Shown here in pieces: positions 38,551 to 51,860 of a stretch of 64,000 bases of DNA. This stretch comes from Mobula hypostoma (Eukaryota), in assembly GCF_963921235.1 (NCBI RefSeq), contig NC_086108.1, forward strand, positions 26,910,001 through 26,974,000. The letters are read 5' to 3'. The position numbers were made by a program, and so were the translations under genes. Numbering within the stretch: position 1 is the stretch's first letter; each line of letters starts with the position of its first letter. The notes under the pieces were generated by a model that saw nothing but the letters and a program-made list of their open reading frames with translations, did not search any database and had not been told where the DNA came from.

Positions 38551-39199
38551 CAAATGACAAACCATTTCTAAAATACAAGGGCTTCTTCAAACACAAAGGA
38601 TTTCTAAAACACAAGTACAATTACTAAGGAATAAAAAGATATACCTACATGCCGACAGAACAAGTAGTCTGTCACAGAAACCAAAGTTGGAGGAATGGAT
38701 TCTCATTCACCTCTTGGTTCTTTCATGGCTTTTCGATGTTCCTTACCCCATTCCTAATAAACTTGAACTGGAATATTTATACCCCATTTCTCCCACTTGG
38801 GTGACTTCACAAGCATATGATAGTTTCTCAGATATCCTTTTAACTCAAGCTGTCTGAAAGCAAATTCTGGAGACATAGATCTTAGCTAAGGCTGCTGTGA
38901 AGCTAATTCCCTTGCATACATAAACTTCCCAATTTATAAACACATCAGGTTTACAAGTTTCCTTGAACTAAGCAACTTAAGAATTAGCTTGACTTTCTGA
39001 AACACATGGAGATCCAATCAGTGTCATGAGCAGAGCACTTCGAAGAGGTAACTCGCAGGTTGGCCAAGCTTGAATAAAAGGAGAGCTTCGTGGGCGTTCG
39101 GACATACAAGAGGCCCGATCTGTGTCAGGAGCTGAGCACCACAAAGATGTTGCTTGCAGGTTGGTGAAGCTTGGCAGGTGTTCGTATATTATGGAGTCC

Positions 39200-42100
39200 C
39201 GATCAGCGTTGGGAACAGAGCACTGCAAATTAAATAAAAGTACAGAAGGGACAAAGGGACTGCTATTGTTGCGAGTGGGTCAGCAGTGAGAGGATGAGCA
39301 TCAGGTTTTGTCTCAGGAGGCTTTGACGAGAAGAGGCTGAGCTCAAAGACACAGGTAAGAAGATTTGGTCTCAGCTGCCTATTGTACAGTGCAGGCGGGA
39401 TGGCAGATATGGCAGTGGAATGCTCCTCCTGCAGGACGTGGGAATTCATGGAACCTGATAGTCTCCCTGATGACTACATCGGCGGGGTGCAGCCAATACC
39501 GATTCAGGAAAGACAGCATTAAGGAGCTGGAGCTGGAGTTGGAGTTGGATAGACTTAGGATCATCCAGGAGGCAGAGCAATTCATAGATATGACTTCTGA
39601 GCAGACGGTTACACCCAGCGTGCAGAATTCAGGGAGTAGACAGGTGAACACCGAGAGAGTGAAGGGAGAAGGAAGTCAGAGCAGGGTCCCCCTGTGGCCA
39701 TTCCCCTCAGCACCAGGTATACCCCTTTCGATACTGCTGAAGGGGATGTCCTATCTGGGCAGCAGCAGCAGCTGCCAGACCAATAGCACTGTGGTCAGTT
39801 CTGAGCCTCAGAAGGGTAGGCTGAAGTCAGGCAGAGCACGTCTAGGAGACGTCTGAGTAGTTGCAGAATATTCTTGTAGTGGAGGGTGGGTAGCCGGAGG
39901 TCGTGGTACATGTTGACACTAATGACACAGGCAGGGGAAGGGTAAAGGTCCTGCGCAGTAAGCTTAGGGAGTTCGGAAGGAGGTAATCTCTGGATCACTC
40001 CCAGTGCCATGAGCTAGGGAAGGTCAGAAAAGGAAGATAGTGCAGATGAATGAGTGACTGAGGTGATGGTGTAGGGTGCAGGAATTCAAGTCCTTGGATC
40101 ATTGGAATGTTTTCTGGGGAAGAGGTGACCTGTACAAGTGGGACAGATTGGACCTGGACTGGAGGGGAACCGATATCCTAGGAGGAAGGTTTGCATATTC
40201 TATTGGGAGGATTTAAACTGGATTTGAAGGGAGTTGGGAACTGAAGTGAAGAGGCAGAGGACGGGGCAGTTAACGCACAAGTAGAGACAGCTTGTAGGGA
40301 GTTTGTGAGGACAGATAAGCAGATGATAGAGCAAAGATGCTCTCAGCCAGATGGTTTGAGATGTGTCTATTTTAATGCAAGGAGTATCCTAAGAAAGACA
40401 GCTGAGCTTAGAGCATGGATCAATACGTGGAACTATAATGTTATGGCCACTACAGAGACTTGGATGTCTCAGGGCAGGAATGGCCACTGAGTGTGCCAGG
40501 CTTTAGATGTTTCAAAAAGGACAGGGCAGGAGGCAAAAGAGGTAGGGGAGTGGTGTTGCTGATCAGAGATACTATCACAGCTGCAGAAAAGGAGGAAGTC
40601 ATGGAGGGATTGTCTACTGAGTCATTGTGGGTGGAAGTCAGAAACAGGAAGGGGCAATAACTCTACTGGGTGTTTTTTATAGACCCCCTCCAATAGTAAC
40701 AGAGACATCGAGGAACAGATAGGGAGACAGTTTCTGGAATGGTGCAATAATAATAGGGTCGGTGCATTGGGTGATTTTAACTTTCCCAATATTGACTGGC
40801 ATCTCCTTAGAACAAGGGGTTTACATGAGGTGGAGTTTGTTAGGTGTGTTCAGGAAGGTTTCCTGACGCAGTATATAGATACGCCAACTAGGGGAGAGGC
40901 TATACTTGATTGGGTATTGGGAAATGAACCTGGTCAGGTGTCAGATGTCTTGGTGGAACAGCATTTTAGAGGTAGTAATCATAACTCTACCTCCTTTATC
41001 ATAGCGCTGAAGAGGGATAGGAGGACCAGACAATTTGGGAAAACACTTAATTGGGGTCGGGAGAAATATGATGCTATTAGGCAGGAACTTGGGAACATAA
41101 ATTGAGAGAAGATGTTCTCAGGGAACTACACAGCAGAAATGTGACAAATGTTCAGGGAACATTTGCATGGCATTCTGCATAGGTATGTTCCATTGAAGCA
41201 GGGAAAGGATGGTGTCTTAAAAGAACCATTGTGTACAAAGGACACAGAAAATCTAGTTAAGAAGAAAAGAAAATCTTACAAAAGGTTCAATAAAGTAGGT
41301 ACTATTAGAGCTCGAGAAGATTACAAGTGTGCAAGGAAGGAGCTGAAGAATTAAATTAGTAGAGCTAGAAGGTCTTGGTGATGTGGAGTAAGGAAAACCC
41401 CAAGGCATTCTGCAAATATGTGAAGAGCAGGAGAATGAGCTGTGTGAGAATATAACAAATCAGGAGTGATAGTGGAAACGTGTGCATGGAGCTGGAGGAG
41501 ATAGTGGAGATACTTAATGAATACTTTGCTTCGAAATTCACCAGTGAAAAGGACCTTGACAATTGTGGGGATGACTTTCAGTGGACTGAAACTCTTGATT
41601 GTATGTATAGACGTTAAGAAAGAGGATGAGCTGGAGCTTTTGAAAGGTATTAAGTTAGATAAGTTGCCGGGATCAGACAAGATATACCCTAGGCTACTGT
41701 TGGAAGTGAGAGAGGAGATTGCTTAGCATCTGGCAATGATCTTTGCATCATCAATAGCGACAGGAGAAGTACCAGAGGGCTGGAAGGTTGCAAATATTGT
41801 TCCCTTGTTCAAGAAAGAGAGAGGAGATAATCCAGGAAATTATAAACCAATGTTTCTTACTTCAGTGGTGAGCGAGTTGTTGGAGAGGATCCTGACAGAC
41901 AGGATTTATGAACATTTGGAGAGACATAATTTGATTAGGGATCATCAGCACAGCTTTGTCAAGGGCAGGTCATGCTTTATTAACCTGATTGAATTCTTTG
42001 AGCATGTAACAAAACTCTTTGATGAAGGTAGAGCAGTGGATGTGGTGTATATGGATTTCAGTAAGGCATTTGATAAGGTTCCCCATGCAAGGCTCATTCA

Positions 42101-43203
42101 GAAAATATTGAGGCATGGCATCCAAGGAGACCTTCCTTGTGGGTCCAGAACTGGCTTGACCACAGAAAACAAAGGGTGACTGTGGATAGTTCATATTCTG
42201 AATGGAGGACAGTGTTTTGCAAGGATCTGTTCTGGGACCCCTCCTCTTTTTGAGATATATACATGACTTGGATGAGAAAGTAGAAGGGTGGGTTAGTAAG
42301 TTTGCTGATGACACAAAAGTTAGGGGTATTGCGAATAGTCTGAAGGGTTGTCAGAGGTTGCAGTGGGACATTGATAGGATGCAGAACTGGGCTGAAAAGT
42401 GGCAGATGGACTTCAACCCAGATAAGTGTGAGGTGGTTCATTTTGGTAGGTCAAATATGATGGCAGAATATAGTATTAATGATAAGATTCTTGGCAGTAT
42501 GGGGGATCAGTGATATTTTGGGTTCCATGTCCATAGGACATGCAAAGCTGCTTCGCAGGTTGACAGTGTTGTTAAGAAGGCATATGGAGTGTTGGCATTC
42601 ATTAACCATGGGGTTGAGTTCAAGAGCCATGAGGTAATGTTACAGCTATATAAGACTTTAGTTGGACCCCATTTGGAGTACTGTGTTCATTTCTGGTCAT
42701 GTCACTACAGGAAGGCTGTGGATACTATAGAGAGATTGCAGAGGAGATTTACAAGGATGTTACCTGGATTGTAGAGCATGCCTTATGAGAATAGTTTGAG
42801 TGGATTTGTCCTTTTCTCCTTGGAGTGATGGAGAATGAGAGATGATCCGATAGGGTGTATAAGATGATGAGAGACATTGATTGTGTGGATAGCCAGAAGC
42901 TTTTTCCCCATGGCTGAAATGGATAACATAAAGGGCCATAGTTTTAAGGTGCTTGGAAGTAGGTACAAGGGGGATGTCAGAGGTAAGATTTCTACATAGA
43001 GAGTGGTGGGTGTGTGGAATGGACTGCCAGTGATGGTGGTAGAGGTGGATACAATAAGTTTTTAAGAAACTCATAAATAGGTACATTGAGCTTAGAAAAA
43101 ATAGAAGGCTATGCAGTAGGGAAATTCTAGGCGCTTTCTAAGAGTAGGTTACATGATCGATACAAAATTGTAGGCCGTAATGTGCTGTAGATTTCTACAT
43201 TTC
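39200..43203 (+). mobile_element. Near-full-length degraded CR1 LINE (ORF1 ~39400-40220, ORF2 ~40350-43090)
   Basis: ORF1 MADMAVECSSCRTWEF; EN YFNARSI...TETW, GDFNFPNIDW; RT YMDFSKAFDKVPH, QGSVLGPLLF, SKFADDTK. Confidence 0.92.
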
Positions 43204-43519
43204 AAATTTAAAAAAAACATTGTCATTTATTGTAACCCTTGAGCAGTGAAAAAGGATGCTGTGAGCTAGTATTTGTTTCTCTAAAGATAGTGTCTTCAAA
43301 ATACAAAGCTTGTTTGCAAAGATACTGTATGTGCTTAACTTCAAGCTGTTTATTGTTTTCCATGTACATAAATTTTAAGAACTGAAGACTGACTTCCATT
43401 TATGACCAGAAGTCAGACAACTGTTAGTTGGAAGTTTACTTCCATCTATTTATGATATTGGAAATGACAGATGCTGTGTTTAGAAATCAACGTTAGCAAG
43501 ACAACAAGGAGTGAATATC

Positions 43520-44700
43520 CATCACACTCCACCTATCTTTGTATCATCTGCAAACTTGGCCGAAGAGCCATCAGTTTGGTTATCCAGAATAATGGCATAT
43601 AATGTGAAAAGAAACTGTCCCAACACTGACCTTTATGCAACACTACTCATCACTGGCTGTCAGTCAGTAAGGTTCCCCTTTATTCCCACTCTTTGCCTCC
43701 TGCCAATCGGCCAATGCTAGTATATTTCCTGTAATACCCTGAGTTCTTATCTTGTTTAGCATCCTCATGTGTAGCACAAAGGCTTTCTGAAAATCCATAT
43801 AAACAACATACACTGACTCTGCTTTATCTATTCTGCCTGGCGCTTCCTTATAGAATTCCAACAGATTTGCTGGACATGATTTCCCCTTTAGGAAACTATG
43901 CTGACTCCAGTCTATTTTATTATATACCTCTAGGTACCCCAAAAAATCATCGTTAAGAGCGGAGTACAACCTTTTACCAACCATTGAGATCAGGCTAATT
44001 CGCCTATAATTTCCTATCTTTTGCCTCCCTCCCTTCTTGAAGAGTCGAGTGACATTTGCAAATTTCCATTCCTCTGGAACCATTCCAGAATCTAGTGATT
44101 CTTGAAAGATTAATGCTAGTGCCTCCAGAATATATTCAGCTACCTCCTTCAGAACCCTGGGGTGCAATCTGCCTGGTCCAAGTGACATATCTATCTTCAA
44201 ACCTTTCAGCTTCCCAAGCACCTTCTTTATGAAATAGCAACTACACTCACTTCTGACCCCTAGCACTTTTGAACTTCCAGCATACTAGTGTCTTCCACAG
44301 CAAAGACCAACACAAAATATTTACTAAATTTGTCAACTATTTCTTTCTCCCTCATTCCTCCCACTCCAGCGTGATTTTCCAGCAATTCAATATCCACTTT
44401 TGGCTAGCTTACCTTTATAGTTTATCTTTTCTCTCCTTATTGTTTTTTTAATTGCATTCTATTGGTTTTTAAAAGCTTCCCAATTCTCTAGCTTCTCAAT
44501 AACTTTTTCTATATTCTATGCCCTCTCTTTTGCGTTTATGCAGTCTTTGACTTTCCTTGCCAGCCATAGTCTCCTCATCTCCCCTTTAGTATACTTATTC
44601 TTCTCTGCAATGAATCTATCATGAGCTTTCCAAGTTGCTCCCAGAAACTTTAGCCATCACTGTTCTGCTGTTATCCCTGCTGGTGTCCCTTTCCATCTTG
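43520..44700 (-). mobile_element. CR1 ORF2 internal fragment
   Basis: ORF 43664-44266: LHPRVLKEVA...GNYR.ISL...YMDFQKAF. Confidence 0.85.
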
Positions 44701-45069
44701 TGTGCCTCTATCATCTACAGAGAATTTTCAATGCACTGGATTCTTTATTAATCTCTCCAAGGAATAATGTCTATGAAAATTCGGGAATCCAATAGATTTC
44801 ACCGCTGAGATATATACAATGAAGTGGCATAGCCCCTAGCAACACCCTTAAGCCTGCTAACGACTATGATCACACTGATCTTTCTGGTGTCAGGGCTACT
44901 TTGGGGTATTAATACCACTGCTGCCACACAATAGAGTTTGTTGTTCATCACTGCACTGGAGATGGCACCATAGCTCTTCACTTTGTATGCATAGATTCAA
45001 TGAGGAGCAAATGTCATTTCATTGTTGGCTTTTCCAATGTCCAAGCTGCCTCAACAGTTCAGTATTAGT

Positions 45070-45880
45070 TATTACCCCTCAACCACCAGACTCTTGAACC
45101 AGAGAAGATAACTTCACTCAATTTCACTCACCCCAACACTAATCTATTCCCAAAACTGATAGATGCTTCATCTCATGTTCTCAATATTTATTGTTTATTT
45201 ATTTCTGTTTTTTTTTGGTTTATTTGTATTTACTGTAAATGCCCACAAGAAAATAAATCTCAAGGTTGTATATGGTGACATATATGTATTTTGATAATAA
45301 GTTTACTTTGAGTTTAAACAGGATGGAATCTGATAGAAGAGGAAATGGAGCATGGAAGATAAAGAGGGAGGTGGGAAGGGTAACCACGGTGTGTGGGTGA
45401 TAGGTAGTTGGAGGGGATGATGGGGCTCAGTGGGAACAGGAGGAGACGGAAAAAAAGGGAAAGGGAGAGAGGAGGAGCAAATAGTAGAAGTTTGAGAAAG
45501 ATTCCTCTAGTTTGTTTGTTCAAAGAAAGTTTTAGAAGTTTAATAGTTTGTCAAAACTCACTGGAGTTTACAGAATGACATTTGATCTCAGAATAAGATT
45601 TTGAGGTGGTTGGTTGTGGTAAGAGGGGAAATTTGGAACTTGGTTCCAAATAGTTTCAGAACAGGAAGATATGTGGGGCAATGGTTTTGTTTTCACACAG
45701 GAGCCAGCAATGGGCTGCTAGAGGCAGTGCTGGAAGCTTTTAGTTAAACACATGAACATGCAGGGGTTGGGGGAGTATGGATTATATACAGGCAAAGGAG
45801 ATTCAGTTTAATTTTACGTCATGCTCAGCACAGCCATTGTGGGCTGAAAGGCCTGTTTCTGTGCTCTATTGTTCTATATA
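45070..45880. mobile_element. Cluster of small fragments: Rex1 3' tail (+), AG-rich PLE-like piece (-), CR1 3' end (+)
   Basis: GATAATAAGTTTACTTTGA tail; purine-rich tract; GGGCTGAAAGGCCTGTTTCTGTGCT CR1 end. Confidence 0.55.
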
Positions 45881-46179
45881 TACTATGTATTCATGTACCT
45901 ATTATGGTTTCCTTCAAAACTGCTTTGCTCTTCAATAGTAGGAAGCTATTCTGTTCTCCAAGACCCTGATCATTGTAAATATCTTCTCACTGTTGCAGCA
46001 GGACTCCTCACAAAACTGAGCAAAATTCCTGAAAATTTACACAAAACTTCTTTCTCAGGATTCCACTGACTTTCAGCATTTTATTGGAATTATTGAGGGC
46101 AAGGCTACTTATTCATTCGTGTCTCTGTGCATGGTCCCACCTCTCTATAGTGATACAATGTATCACTTATCATTTCATC

Positions 46180-46815
46180 TCTTACCTTTACAAACACTCA
46201 GTCTTTCCAGGTGAACCAGCCATTCGCATGCACTTCTTCCAATCTAGTGTATTGTATTCACTGTTTACCAGAGAAACCACACTCTGACAGAATGATCGCT
46301 TTAGGGAGCACTTATGCTCTCTGCACTAGAGTGTCCCAAGTTTTTCGCCTGCCATTTTAATTCACTATTCTTCCACTCTGTGTAAGCAGCTTTGCGAGGA
46401 GATCCAATGAGACATAATGCAATCTTGAAGATCAATACCTAGTTTTCCATCTGGACATTTCTGGAATCAATATAAAATTCTTCATCCTTCGATAAATCTG
46501 TATCAGAAATGACCACTTCTTCCTGTCATCCCCTTGCCTCAGGTTTTTTGTTATTTCGTACATATAGTTTGACCTGCCGGTCATGTCCCACAAACTCACG
46601 CAGAAGCTTAATCTGATTTTAACGACAATTTATCTGCGACATTAAGTTATCGAGTATCACACTATCCGATATATTCCATTCTTTCTACACCTGCTTCCTC
46701 ACCTTCTCCGCCACCTAAGGCTAAATTTTATTTCTTTCCCATTTCTGACGAAGGTCCCTGGACCTGAAATGGATGTTGGTTGACCGCTGAACATTTCCAT
46801 CAGATTTTGCTTTTA
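46180..46815 (+). mobile_element. Ancient PLE fragment (GIY-YIG remnant and terminus with hammerhead core)
   Basis: FQVNQPFACTSSNLVYCIHC; CTGACGA-AGGTCC-CT-GGACCT-GAAA at 46745-46769. Confidence 0.7.
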
Positions 46816-47249
46816 TTTTATAATGGAGTCATTATTAAGCCAGACTGGTTAAATATGGAAAATCTTTGAATTTTCTCCCCTGCAAGCTTCCCTCACCCTC
46901 TAAGCATGCATTGTTGAACCAGAAGGGTTTCTATTCTAAATGTGCACTATTACCATAATGGAATCAGAGCTCAGGCATTTATATTATTAGGACAGCCCGC
47001 TGGATAAGTCCACTTTAGTAATTTAACTGCTCCACCGCTACCATTGTCCTCGACCTGTTACTCAATACGTCTTCCCACAATATTTCACTGTTTCCACAGG
47101 GAAAACATATCAAAAACGAAAGTGCTTGGAACACACTGTGCAATTTTTCTTGGAGGACTTCATCACTGTTGATATTCATGCTGGACAAAGCAAGAATACT
47201 TCTGGGCATGGCAGCCAGTGCAGCTGATAGTACAGAACATCTTAATCAG

Positions 47250-47535
47250 CCATGGTACCACAGTGGTTAGTACGACCCTGTTACAGCTCAGGATGTTGGA
47301 GCTTGGAATTCAATTCCAAAGCTGTCTTTAAGAAAATTTTATGCCCTTCCTGTGAGTGTGAGGATTTTCGCTAGGTGCTCCAGTTTTCTGCCACAGTCCA
47401 AAGATGTTGGTAGGTTAATTGGTCATCGTAACTTGTCTGGTGATTAGGCTAGGGTTAAATTAAATAGGTGGGTTGCTGGGTGGTGTAGCCCATTGGGTCA
47501 GAAGGGTCTGTTCCACACTGTATCTCTGAAATAAA
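47250..47535 (+). mobile_element. V-SINE (HE1-like)
   Basis: CAGTGGTTAG A-box, GGAATTCAATTCC B-box-like, GGTGCTCCAGTTTTCTGCCACAGTCCAAAGA V-domain. Confidence 0.8.
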
Positions 47536-48552
47536 TTGGAGTGCAGACATAATGGAGACCCATTAGAGGGTTAACTTTCTAAGACATTCTCCATCAGTTG
47601 AAAATATTGAGAAGATTGTCCGTTCCAAGGTGCATAATGGGCAGCTAATGATGGGGGCAGCAGAAAAGAACATCCATTCTTCACACCAATCAAATGTGAT
47701 TGCTTCCACTTCACACAATCCTGATCGAGAAATCACCGAAGCAATCTTAGCAGCTTTCATGTCCGAGTGGAAATGAAATCTCCTACAGCAGAGCCAGGAT
47801 CTGCCCACTGAGCTCTGTTTATAGTTCACGGGAGCCCCTCTTTCACTTGATACCATTAATATCTTTGAAGAGAATACAGAGCAGGAGAGACGAATTTTGT
47901 GCTGAGGATTTGTTTGAAATGAGAGGATATGCTCATTCATCGAGGAGTGACAGTTATTTTGCACTCATAAGCTGCCAAGAAGTGGAGTGATCGTCGGGCT
48001 AAATCACCCGTTTTTCTGCAGCAGCTATCCAGTCTGACAGCTGCAATTGCACCGAACTGCTTGCCATTTACATCGTTACTGAGTGCGAGGTCACTGGGAG
48101 CACAGCAGCACCATCTGTTGTAAGGCCATGGAGCTTCTGCTCCGCACACCGGAATATTCTGTCATAATGTATAACAATACCGTGAAATTAGGTGATACAC
48201 AATGACCCAGTGTAGCCGCCTGGTCAGCAACCCCTGGGGTGTGGCTGAAGGTCTAGCACTGCCTCATGATCTTCCAACTGTGTCTGACTAACAAAGATTG
48301 TTCATTTTCCCTTCAAGTTCACTCAGCTGTTTTTAATGAAATCCTTGATATTGGACCAGCTTCAAACTGAAGCCTTTGGTCAATACGATTGTGGAATGGT
48401 AGGCTGTGGCAACACAAGATTATGCTGTCTGAGAGGTAGGAGTTAAGGGGGCCCTGGATGACCTGCCCAGTAGTTTCTGGGACCCAATCCACACTGCTGC
48501 AGTTTCAACCCCCAGGTCCGGGGAGGTGATTGACAGGACAGCACCCTAGATG

Positions 48553-49100
48553 TGAGTGGCATCTCTCCATTGGCACAGCAGGGAAGTGTATTCCTCTGCA
48601 TCGCCTCTTTGCTCAGCTGCCTTGACGTGTCTCGGGCACCATCTCCTTACTCAAGAGCAGCGATCTGGTCTCAAGTGGCATCTCGCTGCTGGTGTGAATA
48701 GCAATTTGTTCGCAAGAGGCAGTTGCTTTAAAGTGGAATCCTCACAGGTCGATAGAAACAGCCATCAACCAGTAAATGGTTGCCCAGTATGAACAGTGAC
48801 ATGACAAAGATTCATGCAAAGAGCAGGCTGTTGATAAGTGGCATCTCTTTGCCTGTATGACCAGCATCCTGTTCATGAGCGGCATTCCCCTGTTTGTGTG
48901 AACCTTGACACACTCAATAATGGCACCTGACTTCTTCGTGAGAACAATGAGTGGCTTCACTTTGCTTCATGGGATTAGTGATCTGTTCACAAGTGTCTTT
49001 TCATTGCTCGGTAAGAACTGGGATCTGCTCACAAGTGGTAGCCTCCAACTCACTGGGCCAGCAATCTGCTCACAAGTGACATCATCCAGCTGTCAGGAAA
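48553..49100. repeat. Degenerate 41-42 bp periodic repeat array
   Basis: Core AGCRATCTGYTCACAAGTGGCATCTC recurs at 48659, 48700, 48822, 48863, 48977, 49019, 49060. Confidence 0.7.
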
Positions 49101-49159
49101 CATGGATTAAAAGCCGTTTATCCTTCTGGAGAAGAGTGTGCATTGAAATTTTCGGGACT

Positions 49160-49370
49160 CAAGAGGTTCTGCACATGCTGGAAGTCCAAAGCACAAGGTG
49201 CTGCAGGGACTCAGCAAGTCAGGCAGTATACTGTCTATGGAAATGCAAAAAACAGTCAGCTCTTTGGGCCAGTCCTGATGAAGGGTCTTGGCCTGAAACA
49301 CCGACTATTTATTCATTTCCATACATGCTCTCTAACCTGCTGAGTTCCTGCAGCATGTTGTGTGTGTTAC
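49160..49370. mobile_element. Palindromic PLE-terminus mini-element with a hammerhead motif
   Basis: Inverted arms; AGTC-CTGATGA-AGGGTCTTGGCCT-GAAA-CACC-GACT at 49271-49306. Confidence 0.8.
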
Positions 49371-49679
49371 TCTCAAATTTTCCTGGAGTCTGTTACAGAA
49401 TGTCATTACATATGAGGTACAATGAACTGCATAAAGGATAACAACAGATTGCAGGAAGATAGAGACAGGCAGCAGGTAAACTTTAATGCTAAGAAATGCC
49501 ACACCATGAATCAACCTAGTGAACCTTGTTATATTCACTTTGACACTGATCTATCAATGATTAGACAGTGAGTGCAGACCTGTACACCATAGTGCAGAGA
49601 GGTTTTGATAAGGCTCATTACAATTACAGTTAGGAGTGCTTATTCTGATTGTCAAATCCTCACAATGACAGCTGATAAC

Positions 49680-50250
49680 ACCATTTATCTTTCTAATTGC
49701 TTGCATGTTTACTGTTTGTGATTTGTGCAAAATGATACCTAGATCTCTCTGAACACCAACACCTTATAATATCTTGCCATCTATGAAACACATTGCCTTT
49801 CTATTTTTCTACCAAAATAGATGGCCTTATAATATTTTTTCTGCATCATATTCTACTTGTCATCTTTTTGCCCAATCACAATCAATCTCTATTTCCCTGA
49901 AGTCTCCCAGCATTGTCCTCACAACACACACTGCTACCCAGGTTTGTATCATCAGCAAATATGAGCACATTATATTTGACCCAAATCATTGAGATAGATT
50001 GTGAACAGCGAAAGCTTCTGCATGGATCCCTATGGCTTCCCACTAGACCCAGCACCTGACCAAAAATGACTCATTTATTCTGACTCCCGCTCTTCTATTT
50101 GTTAGCTAGTTTACTATCCACACCAGTATTATATACCAATGCCATGGGTTCTAAAGTGATTTAATAATTTGAAAAGCAAGCAACCTCTTGTGTGTCACCT
50201 TATCAAAGTCCTTCTTAGACTCTAAAGATAGCCACATCATCCTGTCAACC
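49680..50250 (-). mobile_element. Old CR1 RT fragment
   Basis: Antisense of FADD (TCATCAGCAAAT) and FDKV.H (TGTCACCTTATCAAA). Confidence 0.6.
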
Positions 50251-50989
50251 CCTATTTATATTCATAGTTCGTGTTATATTAAATTTTGTAAATGATTGCA
50301 TGGATGTCTGGAGGGTAATATGACAATTTAAGTCTTTCTGAACGTTTAGCATGTGGTGTCTGTATGCTTATTAGTGAGTAAGGTTTACAGGGTGCCTATG
50401 CAGTGTAAACAATGTTAATGCCTGTAGAATGTCTGCTAGTGACTAGATCACTTTGTGAGCTAGTTTGATGGATTCTTTCTTAGTGTCTGCAATCCAGCTT
50501 ATTATTTATGTGTGTAAACCTTGTTGCTCTTTTGGAGTCTGAGGAATATTGTGGACTTGCAGGCGAAGAGTGACTATTAAAGTGTCTAATTGATTTGTGA
50601 GCATATGCTGAACACTGTTAACGAACATGTGTTGTTTGAATAAAAGAAATCATGCTAAGTAAGAACGAAGAGTTTCTCTGCCTCGTGGCTCCTCTGAGCT
50701 TGGGAAACTTGCCTTTAATGTGGTTGCCTTTCCTGGTTTCATTGGACTTCTATAAAGGCTGGATCATGATTGGTGCTTGTGCCAAGGGGTGGTTTCACGA
50801 TTAACTCAGAGGAGTTCACGAGGAGCTCCCCAACAAAAGCAACAATCAAGTGGTGACTAAGAATCATGACCCCTGAATTTTTTGTGGAAATTTTTGTGAC
50901 TTTCTCCAAGAGAACCACAACCTTGTTGTAGTTTAAGGCTTGCGTGGCTCAATAACCTGGAGATCTGTGTTGGCTGGAGGGAGGGATTT

Positions 50990-51860
50990 ATTAGATTAGA
51001 TTAGATTAGATTAGATTTTATTGTCATTGTGCCGAGTACAGATACAAAGCCAATGAAATGCAATTAGCATCTAACCAGAAGTGCAAAAGAATAGTATTAT
51101 TTAAAAAACAACTGCAAATAAAAAGTAAGTGTTACAGCATATAAATATAAAAGTACTGAGACAGTAGAATATAGGTGCAATACTGCTTAGCGCTGTGATG
51201 TGAGGTTCAGCAGGGTCACAGCCTCAGGGAAGAAGCTTTTCCTGAGCCTGCTCATGCTGGAGCGGAGGCTCCTGTAGCGCCTACCAGATGGGAGGAGAGT
51301 AAAAAGTCCATGGTTAGGGTGAGATGCATCCTTGATAATGCTTTTCGCCCTGCCCAAGCAGCATTTATGGTAGATGTTCTCAGTGGTGGGCAATTGGGTG
51401 CCGATAATCCGCTGGGCAGTTTTCACCACCCGCTGGAGTGCTTTGCGGTCCGATACGGGACAATTACCATAGCACACTGAGATGCAGTTGGTGAGTATGC
51501 TCTCAATGGTACAGCGGTAAAAGTCCATCAGTGTCCTGGGACAGAGGTGAGCTTTCTTGATGTTCCGCAGGAAATGAAGGCGCTATTGCGCCTTTTCGAT
51601 CAAGATAGAGAAGTTCAGGGACCAGGTGAGATCCTCGGAAATGTGAACACCAGGGAATTTGAAGCTTGATACATGCCACACTACAGCTCCGTTGATGTAG
51701 TTGGGGATGTGAGTGTGGCTCCTAGCATGCCTGAAGTCCACAATGATCTCCTTAGTCTTCTGGGTGTCTGGGTGTTAAGAGCCAGGTTGTTATCGGCACA
51801 CCACGTTGCCAGGTGCTGGACCTTGTCCCTGTAGGCCGTCTCGTCATCCCCTCCAATCAA
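50990..51860 (-). mobile_element. Rex1/Babar LINE 3' fragment with (TCTAA)n tail, inserted into an RTE-like 5' segment (~50900-52170)
   Basis: ORF 51187-51528 FYRCTIESILTNCI...SHPNHGLFTLLPSGRRYRS...SFFPEAV; (TTAGA)n; AGGGAT on both sides. Confidence 0.88.

Noticed and set aside
47563..48149. Host exons from ORFs 47563-47964 and 47937-48149 (-) or the open plus frame ~47751-47990
   Set aside because: No recognisable protein motif and no convincing splice-site pair
48553..49100. CRISPR array
   Set aside because: Eukaryotic context, no cas genes, highly degenerate repeats, and ~15-nt linkers that resemble each other; kept only as a periodic array
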